A stretch of 64,000 bases of DNA from Thermodesulfobacteriota bacterium (GTDB taxonomy: Bacteria > Desulfobacterota > BSN033 > UBA1163). The notes under the pieces are model-generated. The model had not been told where the DNA came from. It did not search any database and saw only the letters and a program-made list of their open reading frames with translations. Of the stretch, positions 31,076 to 40,360 are shown in pieces; position 1 is the stretch's first letter; each line of letters opens with the position of its first letter. The stretch is from NCBI GenBank assembly GCA_036769565.1, contig DAIPKW010000004.1:3669-67668 (forward strand), in the 5' to 3' direction. Position numbers and translations under genes: made by a program.

Positions 31076-31819
31076 ATGAGAAATATGGAAGCCAAAGTTG
31101 TTCTTGATTCCATCTCGGTTATTCTGGTGAGGCCGAGATTCCCTGAAAATATCGGAGCAGTGGCCAGAGCGATGAAGAATATGGGCATCCCTCGTTTGGC
31201 CATTGTCAATGGATGTTCTCCCCTACATAGGGACGCCTATAAATTGGCCTCAGGGGCAGAAGATATCTTAGAAAGGGCAGAGGAATATGCGACACTTTAC
31301 GAAGCCATTTTGGATTTGGGATATGTCGTGGGAACAACCTCCAGGCCTGGAAAAGAGAGAAGACCGCTTCTCACCCCTAAAGAGATGGTTCAAAAACTGA
31401 TTCCCATTTCGAAAGGGAATCTCATCGGTCTGGTTTTTGGTTCCGAAAAAGAGGGTTTAACCAATGAAGAACTCTCGCTTTGCCATCTCTATGTGAGAAT
31501 CCCTTCCGTGGAAACATTTCCTTCCCTCAACCTCGCTCAGGCTGTGATGGTTCTCTGCTACGAACTCTTTCAATCCACAAGTCTCGTTTCGAAGAGTTCG
31601 GCCCTATTAGCTCCGACAGAACAGATGGAGAAAATGTTTCAACATATGGAGAAGACCCTACTCAATATCGGATTTCTGGAGGCCAAAAACCCGAAAAGAA
31701 TCATGAGGACGCTGAGACGGCTTTTTGGAAGAAGCCAGATGGAACTGAGAGATGTTCAGATTCTTCAAGGGATATGGAGTAGGGTTGATTGGATATTGAG
31801 AAGGAAGAAAGCCTCTTAA
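31076..31819 (+). CDS. SpoU/TrmH-family RNA 2'-O-methyltransferase (TrmJ-like)
   Basis: 'VILVRPRFPENIGAVARAMKNMGI' and 'GLVFGSEKEGLTNEE' SPOUT motifs. ATG at 31085 is an alternative start. Confidence 0.75.
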   Translation: MRNMEAKVVLDSISVILVRPRFPENIGAVARAMKNMGIPRLAIVNGCSPLHRDAYKLASGAEDILERAEEYATLYEAILDLGYVVGTTSRPGKERRPLLTPKEMVQKLIPISKGNLIGLVFGSEKEGLTNEELSLCHLYVRIPSVETFPSLNLAQAVMVLCYELFQSTSLVSKSSALLAPTEQMEKMFQHMEKTLLNIGFLEAKNPKRIMRTLRRLFGRSQMELRDVQILQGIWSRVDWILRRKKAS

Positions 31820-31823
31820 TCTG

Positions 31824-31877
31824 CCTATAGTCTTGTAATCATCTGGCTTGGGGGCCATTCGACTACAAGACTATAGG
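31824..31877. terminator. 14-bp perfect inverted repeat (cctatagtcttgta / tacaagactatagg) between convergent genes
   Basis: Seen directly in the sequence. The loop is 26 nt and contains a small inner stem; the position is that of a candidate bidirectional terminator. Confidence 0.45.
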
Positions 31878-31890
31878 ACTATGCGCTCAC

Positions 31891-32649
31891 TCATTTCTTC
31901 TCCATAAAAGGTTTGAGCAGGTCAATGGGAACAGGAAAGATCGTCGTTGAGTTTTTCTCGGTGGCTACTTCGGTTAAGGTCTGAAGGAACCTTAGCTGAA
32001 GCGCTGCAGGATTTGCTCCAATCACACTTGCGGCTTGAGCCAATTTTTCTGCCGCCTGGTATTCTCCATCCGCATGGATCACTTTCGCCCTTCTTTCTCT
32101 CTCTGCCTCGGCTTGGCGAGCAATGGCTCTTCGCATCTCTTCAGGAAGATCGACCTGTTTCGTTTCGACCTTAGAGACCTTGATCCCCCAAGGCTCGGTA
32201 TCCTTATCCAGAATGTCCTGAATATGCATATTGATCTTTTCTCGCTGGGAGAGCAGTTCGTCCAGTTCAGCCTGGCCCACGACACTTCGTAGAGTGGTTT
32301 GGGCTAACTGGGAGGTGGCATAGAGATAGTTTTCCACTTCCACCACTGCCTTATTGGGATCCATTACCCGAAAATAGACAACGGCATTCACTTTGATGGA
32401 AACATTATCTCGGGTGATCACATCTTGGGGGGGAATGTCGAGGGTCACTGTCCGAAGACTGATCTTAATCAACTTATCAATCCCTGGAATGATCAAGATC
32501 AGCCCTGGCCCTTTGGCTCCGATGAGCCTTCCAAGACGGAAGACAACACCCCTCTCGTACTCCCTCAGAATCTTGATGGCGGAAGCAGCCAAGATAAATA
32601 AAAAGACGATCAAGAAAAATAAACCGGATGGAAGTCCTACTGGGCTCAT
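31891..32649 (-). CDS. SPFH/band-7 (stomatin-like) protein
   Basis: N-terminal TM helix, then the band-7 core ('[11 protein letters not shown]...[15 protein letters not shown]') and coiled-coil '[11 protein letters not shown]'. Confidence 0.85.
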   Translation of the reverse strand: MSPVGLPSGLFFLIVFLFILAASAIKILREYERGVVFRLGRLIGAKGPGLILIIPGIDKLIKISLRTVTLDIPPQDVITRDNVSIKVNAVVYFRVMDPNKAVVEVENYLYATSQLAQTTLRSVVGQAELDELLSQREKINMHIQDILDKDTEPWGIKVSKVETKQVDLPEEMRRAIARQAEAERERRAKVIHADGEYQAAEKLAQAASVIGANPAALQLRFLQTLTEVATEKNSTTIFPVPIDLLKPFMEKK

Positions 32650-32664
32650 TTGATTTCCTCCTCT

Positions 32665-33987
32665 TCAGATTTTTTTGACCTTTAAGATTAAATTGGTGAC
32701 TTCAACGACCTGGACTTTTTCTCCCTTTTCAATGGGTTGATCAGCAATAGCATTCCAGAATTCTCCATGAATCGCAACTTTTCCTTCTGGGGTGAGGGGA
32801 ATGGTGACCACTCCTACCTCTCCGATCAATCCTTCCATTCCTGTGGTCGGTTTTGAAAGACGTGCTCGGATGGCCATGGTTACGGCAAAGATGAAGAAAC
32901 CTGCACTGACCAAGACCGCCGGAATGATGACACTTAAGGAGATTCTCATATATTCGGTTGGATTTTCGATCAACATGAGAGATCCCAAAAAGAGTGAAAT
33001 AACACCTCCGACCGATAATAGGCCATGGCTGACCACCTTAATCTCAGCAATGAAGAGGATGATCGCAAAGAGAATGAGGGCCAACCCTGCAAAGTTGATG
33101 GGAAGCATCTGGAGTGCATAGAAGGCAAGGATGAGGAATATCCCGCCAACCACGCCGGGAAGGATAGAACCGGGATTCGAAAGCTCGAAGAAGATACCAT
33201 AGATACCGAGCATCAGTAAGATGTAAGCAATGCTTGGATTGGAGATGATATCGAGAAAACGATAACGCCAACTCATCTCCAGAGGCCGAGGTTGGACCCC
33301 TTTGGTCAGAAGGGTTCGGGTCATACCATCAAACTTGATCACTTTCCCGTCAATCTTACTGAGAAGGTCTTGGATATCTGGGCTGACGAAATCGACCACA
33401 TTCGATTTGACGGCCTCTTCTTCTGTGATGGAAACGCTTTTTCTGACCGCCTTTTCACCCCATTCCATATTTCTTCCTCTGGTTTTGGCGATCGTCTTAA
33501 TATAGGAGACGGTATCATTGACGATCTTTTCTGACATCGTCTTACTCTCCTTTCCTTCGCCAAGCGAGACTGGATGGGCGGCTCCGATATGGGTGCCAGG
33601 CGCCATCGCTGCAATATGGGCAGCCATTGTTATAAAGACCCCTGCTGAGGCGGCCCTCCCTCCACTCGGCGAGACATAGACAATAATTGGAAGGTTGGAG
33701 GTGAGTATCTTTTTAACGATGATCCTCATGGACTCCATCAGGCCTCCAGGGGTATCAAGCTGGATGATGAGGCATTGGGCTCCTTTCTCTGCGGCTTTAT
33801 CAATCGATTCGATAATAAACTTAGAGGTGGCCGGGTTGATGATACCGTCCACTTCAATGACATAGATAGGAGCCTTTTCCTGCGAATGGGAAGGGGTTCC
33901 CAAAGAGAGTGAAAGCCCGATCATGACCAAAACAATGTATATCGTGGAAGAGTATCGTTTCAAATCATTCTCCTTTATTAGAATCAA
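32665..33987 (-). CDS. NfeD-family membrane-bound ClpP-class serine protease
   Basis: Signal peptide, ClpP-like domain ('QLDTPGGLMESMRIIVKKI...SPSGGRAASAGVFI'), multi-TM middle and a C-terminal OB-fold. It is immediately upstream of the SPFH gene. Confidence 0.85.
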   Translation of the reverse strand: MILIKENDLKRYSSTIYIVLVMIGLSLSLGTPSHSQEKAPIYVIEVDGIINPATSKFIIESIDKAAEKGAQCLIIQLDTPGGLMESMRIIVKKILTSNLPIIVYVSPSGGRAASAGVFITMAAHIAAMAPGTHIGAAHPVSLGEGKESKTMSEKIVNDTVSYIKTIAKTRGRNMEWGEKAVRKSVSITEEEAVKSNVVDFVSPDIQDLLSKIDGKVIKFDGMTRTLLTKGVQPRPLEMSWRYRFLDIISNPSIAYILLMLGIYGIFFELSNPGSILPGVVGGIFLILAFYALQMLPINFAGLALILFAIILFIAEIKVVSHGLLSVGGVISLFLGSLMLIENPTEYMRISLSVIIPAVLVSAGFFIFAVTMAIRARLSKPTTGMEGLIGEVGVVTIPLTPEGKVAIHGEFWNAIADQPIEKGEKVQVVEVTNLILKVKKI

Positions 33988-34021
33988 ATTACCTTAAAAA
34001 GCAGGGATTGTCAAATCCAAC

Positions 34022-34777
34022 CTATATTGCTATCTTCATGAGGTCTTCTGCGAGAAGAATTTCGCCCTGGAAGACCTTTTTACATTGATCTAAGATGTCA
34101 TATTGGTCACAGAGGGGATAGAGGTGGGTGAGGAGGAGTTTTTTGCAGTGGGATTCTTTAGCAACCCTTCCTGCCAGAGAGGGTGTAAGATGGCCCTCCA
34201 CCTTTTTTTGATCTGGAAAGGAGCATTCCAGAACGAGGAGGTCTGCCTTCCAGGCAAGACTCACAAGATTTTCACAGTAGTCTGTATCTCCAGAGATGAC
34301 GATTGACTTCCCCTCTCCCCATTCAACTCGATAGCCAATACTCTCAGGAAGATGAGCCATGGATTTTGAGAGAATTTTTATCCCATCCAGAAGAAGAGGG
34401 GAGGAGACGACTTCCTTCACTGTCAATTGGTAAGGCTGGGGTTCTATCCAGGCAGCATAGAGGTTTTTTAACATCTGGAAATGCTGTTTGAATCCGCAGC
34501 CTCCGACCAGAGTCAATTCCTTTTGGCGCGGGAGCTCTCCATACTTACATGCAAACAGGATTGGGACCAGATCTGCTATATGGTCGGGGTGGATATGAGT
34601 ATAGAGAAGGAGATCAATATCTCGATAGGTTATCCCCACTTCGAGCATCCTCCTTAATATTCCTGGACCGCTGTCAATCACAATATGACGACTCTTCAAA
34701 GAGAGAAGTAAGCCAGGAGAAGCTCTTCTTAAAGAGGGAATGCCTGTTCCAGAGCCCAGTATGATCAATTCTGGCAT
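34022..34777 (-). CDS. MBL-fold metallo-hydrolase (RNase Z/ElaC-like short form)
   Basis: 'ILGSGTGIP' and the 'HIHPDHIADL' metal-binding HxHxDH motif, 251 aa. Confidence 0.75.
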   Translation of the reverse strand: MPELIILGSGTGIPSLRRASPGLLLSLKSRHIVIDSGPGILRRMLEVGITYRDIDLLLYTHIHPDHIADLVPILFACKYGELPRQKELTLVGGCGFKQHFQMLKNLYAAWIEPQPYQLTVKEVVSSPLLLDGIKILSKSMAHLPESIGYRVEWGEGKSIVISGDTDYCENLVSLAWKADLLVLECSFPDQKKVEGHLTPSLAGRVAKESHCKKLLLTHLYPLCDQYDILDQCKKVFQGEILLAEDLMKIAI

Positions 34778-35128
34778 GATGATCTCAACCTCAAGCTTTT
34801 ATAAGTTAACATAAAACGATGAAATTGCAACCCCGATGGCTCGACTTCCCGTATATTCGGATTTACCCATACTTTTTGGTCATTAAAAAGGTTGACTTGA
34901 TTTTTAGGCCGTATTAAAATTTTTGAAAAGGAGACGTCAATTAGCAAAGTCTTTGGAAACATCATTGGTCTGAAACCCAATCAGATCAGGCGGATTGAGT
35001 ATATCTATCGGAGGAAGATCCCACCCGAGAAGATCGTCACTCCTGAAGTTGCCCACCTTTTATTCGACCTCTCCAGAGAAATTCATCGGCAAATCGGAAT
35101 CCTTATCGGAAGGAGAGGAGCTATCGAA

Positions 35129-36694
35129 ATGGTCATCGTTGGAGATCAACGTGGGATTACGATCCCTGACCTTTCGCGCGATCGAATCGGCATCCCCCGA
35201 TTAAGGGGGGTGCGATTGGTTCATACACACCTAAGAGGGGAGCCTTTGAACGAAGAAGACTTAACGGATCTTGCCCTATTAAGGCTGGACATGATCGTTG
35301 CCCTGACAAGCGATGGCAAGAAGGGGCAAGAAACGATCCACTACGCCCATCTTCTCCCTGACAATCCAGCGAAGAGAGTGTGGGAGGTCGAATCCTCTTG
35401 TTCATGGAATGACTTAGAGATTAATTTTCTGAAATGGGTCCAGTCATTGGAAGATCAGTTTCAGCGAGGCCAGAGGGCAATCTCTACGAAAAGTCGCAAG
35501 GAGAAGGCTATCCTCATCTCGGTCAGTCGAGAGAACCGAGACGTTTTGGAAAACTCCATGGAAGAGTTAAGGGAGTTGGCAGAATCGAGTGGTGTGTTGG
35601 TGGCAGAGACGATCATCCAGAGGCCACAAACGATTTCGCATTCCACGCTGATCGGAGAGGGAAAATTAAGAGAGCTACTTGTGAAGTGTATGCAATTGGG
35701 TGTGGATCTGATCATCTTCGATCAGAATTTAACACCTGGGCAGATGGCTTCGATCTCTGACCTGACCGAATTGAGAGTGATTGATCGAACCCAGCTTATT
35801 CTGGACATCTTTGCCCAGAGGGCCCATACTCGGGATGGGAAGAATCAGGTGGAGCTGGCACAGCTGAAATACTTGCTTCCGCGCCTTGCCAGAAAGACTT
35901 TGGCGCTTTCAAGGCTGACCGGAGGAATTGGAGGAAGAGGGCCAGGAGAAACAAAGCTTGAGATTGATCGGCGAAGGGTGAGGGAGAGGATCCATCTTCT
36001 GGAAAAGGAGCTGGAGCGCTTGAGCCTGCGCAGGGAACAGAGAAGAGCCCTTCGTAAAAAAGCGGGGATTCCCATTCTTTCCATCATCGGATATACGAAT
36101 GCAGGGAAATCAACCCTTTTTAATCTTCTCACGAAGAGCCGCTTTAGCGTGGAGGATAAACTCTTTGCCACATTAGATACAGCCACCCGTAAGTTGAGAT
36201 TGACCAAAGATCTCTGGGTGAAGAGAGAACCCATGGATGTGGTGATTACGGATACGGTCGGTTTTATTAAGGATCTGCCTAAGGATCTATTAGGAGCCTT
36301 TCGACCCACCTTCGACGAGCTCAGGGAATCTGATCTTTTGATTCATCTGGTCGATATCAGCAGTCCGAGACGACAGGAACATATGGAGGCTGTCCAAAAG
36401 ATCCTGATGGAACTTGGATTGGAAGAGATCCCACTCTTTTTAGTTTTCAACAAAGAGGACAGAATGGACCAAGAGGAGGTAAGGGCGCTCTGCAAAAGAT
36501 ACGGTGCTGTATCGATCTCAGCCCTTCGACCAAAAAGCCTCAGCGATTTTTTCATGGAGCTTGAGAGGAAGCTCGAAGAGATTTATTCCTCAAAAATGGA
36601 AGATAGCAAAGTCCTTGACGATTTTTGCAAGATACCCAACGAAGACATCTCCACCGAATTATTGCAACAGGTTGACAAACGGGATTGGGTCTGA
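35129..36694 (+). CDS. hflX: GTPase HflX (with long N-terminal region)
   Basis: 'VIDRTQLILDIFAQRAHTRDGKNQVELAQLKYLLPRL', G1 'GYTNAGKSTLFN' and G3 'DTVGF'. ATG 35129 has SD ggaaggagaggag, but the reading frame stays open upstream to 34919. Confidence 0.85.
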   Translation: MVIVGDQRGITIPDLSRDRIGIPRLRGVRLVHTHLRGEPLNEEDLTDLALLRLDMIVALTSDGKKGQETIHYAHLLPDNPAKRVWEVESSCSWNDLEINFLKWVQSLEDQFQRGQRAISTKSRKEKAILISVSRENRDVLENSMEELRELAESSGVLVAETIIQRPQTISHSTLIGEGKLRELLVKCMQLGVDLIIFDQNLTPGQMASISDLTELRVIDRTQLILDIFAQRAHTRDGKNQVELAQLKYLLPRLARKTLALSRLTGGIGGRGPGETKLEIDRRRVRERIHLLEKELERLSLRREQRRALRKKAGIPILSIIGYTNAGKSTLFNLLTKSRFSVEDKLFATLDTATRKLRLTKDLWVKREPMDVVITDTVGFIKDLPKDLLGAFRPTFDELRESDLLIHLVDISSPRRQEHMEAVQKILMELGLEEIPLFLVFNKEDRMDQEEVRALCKRYGAVSISALRPKSLSDFFMELERKLEEIYSSKMEDSKVLDDFCKIPNEDISTELLQQVDKRDWV

Positions 36695-36803
36695 TATATG
36701 AAATTAAAATTTTTCGATCTCTGATTAGGCGAAGACCCTTTTGAAATCCAGTCTGGGTCATAGTTTGACTAATTCACTTTAGATCGTTGGCAAAAGAGGA
36801 TCG

Positions 36804-38276
36804 ATGATGGAAAACCATCTGCATACCTTTGAGGAATATCTTACCTTCGATGACGTCTTATTGGTCCCTTCTTATTCCGAGGTCTTACCAAAAGAGGTGG
36901 ATATCTCCACCTTACTGACTCGGGAGATCCGGTTGAATATCCCTCTGGTCAGCGCAGCCATGGACACCGTGACTGAGTCAAGGACAGCTATAGCCATGGC
37001 TCAAGAAGGAGGAATAGGAATCATCCACCGCAATCTTTCTATCACGGATCAGGCATTGGAGGTGGATAAGGTGAAGAAGTCGGAGAGTGGAATGATTCTT
37101 AACCCCATCACCATGGATCCTGACCAGAAGATCCACGAAGCCCTGGAGGTGATGAGGAGATACCGGATATCAGGAGTTCCCATCACCCGAGAGGGCAAGC
37201 TCGTTGGAATTCTCACCAACCGAGACCTCCGATTTGAGAAGAGGCTGGACGAGAAGATCTCAACGGTCATGACCAAGGACCGGCTCATCACGGTCCCTGT
37301 GGGAACAACGCTTGAGCAGGCCAAAGAGATCCTTCACCAGAACCGGATCGAGAAATTACTGGTTGTCGATGCTCATAACAATTTGAAAGGTTTGATCACC
37401 ATCAAAGATATCGAGAAGATGAGGAAGTACCCCAACTCTTGTAAGGATGCCCATGGACGGCTTCGAGTGGGAGCGGCGATTGGAACGGGAAAGGATCGGG
37501 AACCGAGAACGGAAGCGCTCATTCGAGCAGGACTCGACGTTCTGGTTATCGATACGGCCCACGGCCATACCAAGGATGTCCTGGAAGCCATCCGTGATAC
37601 AAAAAAGAACTTTCCGGGCTGTCAGTTGATCGCTGGAAACATCGCTACCAGAGAGGGGATGCTCGATCTCATCAAGGCAGGGGTGGATGGGGTTAAGGTT
37701 GGCGTTGGGCCAGGCTCAATCTGTACTACGCGGATTATTGCAGGTGTGGGCGTCCCCCAGCTTTCTGCAATCCGTGAGGTCGCTGAGGTCTCAGAGCAGT
37801 ATGAGATGCCCATCATTGCCGATGGAGGGATTAAATTTTCAGGGGATATCACTAAGGCCCTTGCCGCCGGAGCCCATTCAGTAATGATCGGGAATCTATT
37901 TGCTGGCACCGACGAAAGCCCTGGTGAGATCGTTCTCTACCAGGGGAGAAGCTATAAAGTATATCGGGGTATGGGCTCTTTGGAAGCGATGAGGGAGGGG
38001 AGTAAGGATCGCTACATGCAGGCAGAGGTTGAGAGTGAAACGAAACTGGTTCCCGAGGGAATTGAGGGAAGGGTTCCTTATCGAGGTGCCCTCTCTTTCT
38101 GTATCCATCAGCTCGTTGGTGGACTCAAGGCAGGCATGGGATATATGGGCGCAAAGAATATTCCAGAGATGCGGCAGAAGGCTCGATTCATCCGGATCAC
38201 TTCCTCTGGTTTAAAAGAGAGCCATGTCCATGATGTCATCATTACCAAGGAGGCTCCCAATTATAGATTGGAATAG
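36804..38276 (+). CDS. guaB: IMP dehydrogenase
   Basis: '[10 protein letters not shown]', a CBS pair and the catalytic '[11 protein letters not shown]' loop, 490 aa. Confidence 0.95.
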   Translation: MMENHLHTFEEYLTFDDVLLVPSYSEVLPKEVDISTLLTREIRLNIPLVSAAMDTVTESRTAIAMAQEGGIGIIHRNLSITDQALEVDKVKKSESGMILNPITMDPDQKIHEALEVMRRYRISGVPITREGKLVGILTNRDLRFEKRLDEKISTVMTKDRLITVPVGTTLEQAKEILHQNRIEKLLVVDAHNNLKGLITIKDIEKMRKYPNSCKDAHGRLRVGAAIGTGKDREPRTEALIRAGLDVLVIDTAHGHTKDVLEAIRDTKKNFPGCQLIAGNIATREGMLDLIKAGVDGVKVGVGPGSICTTRIIAGVGVPQLSAIREVAEVSEQYEMPIIADGGIKFSGDITKALAAGAHSVMIGNLFAGTDESPGEIVLYQGRSYKVYRGMGSLEAMREGSKDRYMQAEVESETKLVPEGIEGRVPYRGALSFCIHQLVGGLKAGMGYMGAKNIPEMRQKARFIRITSSGLKESHVHDVIITKEAPNYRLE

Positions 38277-38404
38277 GCTTCTCAAGAGAGAAGAAGATCA
38301 TGAGAACATCCCTCTGGGAGAGATTGAGAGATCTGGACGCCACTCACACCGACCTGTAGAGATAGGGATTTCGGGCAAAGCGAGAAGGGAAAAAGGGGGT
38401 TACC

Positions 38405-40348
38405 TTGAAGAAAAAAACTATTTTGCTCTTGCTTATCATCGTCCTCTCTCTGCTTTACTACCTTGGTTTTCTAACCCGAAAAGAGATGCTTCCCCTATCG
38501 AAGGAATTCCTCTCCGCAGAGAGTTCTTCCACGATCGAACCGGTGCTTGATCTTAAAGGGGTAGGGGTTATCAAATCGAAGATAGCGGAAAGGAAACCCC
38601 CTTCGTTTGATCAGAAGGAGCTGGATCAACTATACCAGATTCAATTAGATAAGGGGGTTCGTAATCTTTCTACGCTCTCTTTATTCCTGGTTAGGGAGGC
38701 CCGAAAAGCGAGGGAATCTGGTCAACTGGATCGCGCCATCGATCTGGCAACCTATGCCCACCGATTTTCACCAAAACTCCCACAGCCCTACTTTGAACTG
38801 GCGAAGGTCCGATGGAAGCAGAAGCCGTTTCAACTCGACGAAATCTTTCCAGAGATCCTAAAGGGATATAGAGCCAAATTCAGCTACTTTCCCTCCTCGC
38901 TTTTCGTCTTTTATAATGGGGTTTACATTCTCTCCAATGCGATCCTAATGGCTTTCATCATTTTTGGGATCATCCTCCTCTGGAAATACTTTCCAATCTA
39001 TCTCTATGATATCCGTAGAAATTTGACGCTTGTGGTTCCCAATCTATTTATCAACGGGTTGAAGATCTTCATTCTTTTTATTCCCTTTTTTCTTCGGTTC
39101 GATATCTTGTGGGCGATTCTCTACTGGAATATTCTTTTATGGGGTTTTGTACCGTCCAGGGAGAGACAGATCGTTTTGGTCTTTTTAATCGTTTTGGTCT
39201 ATTTACCTTTCGTTCTTCGTACCTCCTCCGCATCTTTAAACAGTCCTGCCTCCGAGATTGTCTTGGAGTTACATGAATCGAACTATGAAAACTGGGACAA
39301 GATGACAGAAGAGAAATTGAAATCATGGTTGTTAAACCATCCCGATGACGTTCAGGTTCTTTTCACCCTGGGACTGATCGAAAAGAGGCAGGGACGCTAC
39401 ACGCAAGCCGAAGACTTTTATCGGAGAGTGATCGACTATTCCCCTGAGTTAAGCGAGGCCTATTCCAATCTGGGGAATGTTTATTTAGCACAGAAACAGA
39501 TCCGGATGGCCGTTGAATCCTATCAGCGCGCGGTCGAACTCAATCCAAATAAGGGCGGCTATCACTTCAATCTCTATCGTGCCTATTCTCAAGAAACCTT
39601 TTTCTCAAGTAAATCTGAGGAAGCCTTCCAAATGGCCAGATCCATCGATCCTAAATTGGTTCGGTACTATTCTTCAATCGATTCTCCCAACATGAACCGA
39701 TTGGTCATTGATGAAATTCTGACCCACCAGCAGCTCTGGAATCGATTATTGGATGTTTATACTGGAGGAAAAGGGTTACTGTTTCAATTCTTCAGGGTTT
39801 GGTTTGAAAGGATCCCCTCGGCCATTCCATTTCTATCTCCCATCTTCTTTATAGCCTTCCTGGTCGGGATGTCGAGGTATACACGAGCCAAACGTTTCCT
39901 GACCCGATGTCCAATATGCGGGAATGCGACTCATCGGCTCTATTTAGGCCCATCCACAACCTCAGGAAAGGAATTCATCTGTTTTAACTGCTACCGCCTA
40001 TATGCCCAGAAGGAGAAGGTCCATCCCAAGCTCAAAGAAAAAAAGTCCCTCCAGGTCCATGCCTTTCAGAAACAGGACCATTTTATGGGGACATTTCCTT
40101 CCTACTTCTTTATCGGGTTCAGCCAACTCTGGAGGGGCCATGCGTTCAAGGGATTATTGCTCCTTTCCATCTTTTTCATTATCGTTTTGAGATTTCTCTT
40201 CTGGCATGGAGTCCTTCCTGGGTTGGACCTGGGAGTACTCTTTTCATGGTGGAGCTTCTTTTTTTGGGGAGGCCTTTTCGTTCTCTTCTGGTTTCTCAAC
40301 TTTCGATGGGTTCGTCGCTTAAAGCCAGAGTTCAAGGTTCCCAGATAA
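38405..40348 (+). CDS. polytopic membrane protein with TPR repeats and a C4 zinc-ribbon (function unknown)
   Basis: 647 aa, TTG start with SD aaaaggggg. Signal/anchor, about 4 TM helices, a TPR block ('AEDFYRRVIDYSPELSEAYSNLGNVYLAQKQIRMAVESYQRAVELNP'), one TM helix, 'CPICGN...CFNC', then 2-3 C-terminal TM helices. Confidence 0.55.
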   Translation: MKKKTILLLLIIVLSLLYYLGFLTRKEMLPLSKEFLSAESSSTIEPVLDLKGVGVIKSKIAERKPPSFDQKELDQLYQIQLDKGVRNLSTLSLFLVREARKARESGQLDRAIDLATYAHRFSPKLPQPYFELAKVRWKQKPFQLDEIFPEILKGYRAKFSYFPSSLFVFYNGVYILSNAILMAFIIFGIILLWKYFPIYLYDIRRNLTLVVPNLFINGLKIFILFIPFFLRFDILWAILYWNILLWGFVPSRERQIVLVFLIVLVYLPFVLRTSSASLNSPASEIVLELHESNYENWDKMTEEKLKSWLLNHPDDVQVLFTLGLIEKRQGRYTQAEDFYRRVIDYSPELSEAYSNLGNVYLAQKQIRMAVESYQRAVELNPNKGGYHFNLYRAYSQETFFSSKSEEAFQMARSIDPKLVRYYSSIDSPNMNRLVIDEILTHQQLWNRLLDVYTGGKGLLFQFFRVWFERIPSAIPFLSPIFFIAFLVGMSRYTRAKRFLTRCPICGNATHRLYLGPSTTSGKEFICFNCYRLYAQKEKVHPKLKEKKSLQVHAFQKQDHFMGTFPSYFFIGFSQLWRGHAFKGLLLLSIFFIIVLRFLFWHGVLPGLDLGVLFSWWSFFFWGGLFVLFWFLNFRWVRRLKPEFKVPR

Positions 40349-40360
40349 GGAGAGAGGGAT

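Noticed and set aside
34995-35204. 69-aa ORF upstream of and overlapping the hflX start
   Set aside because: It is Ser/Leu-rich and low-complexity with no SD. The alternative frame continuous with hflX looks more protein-like.
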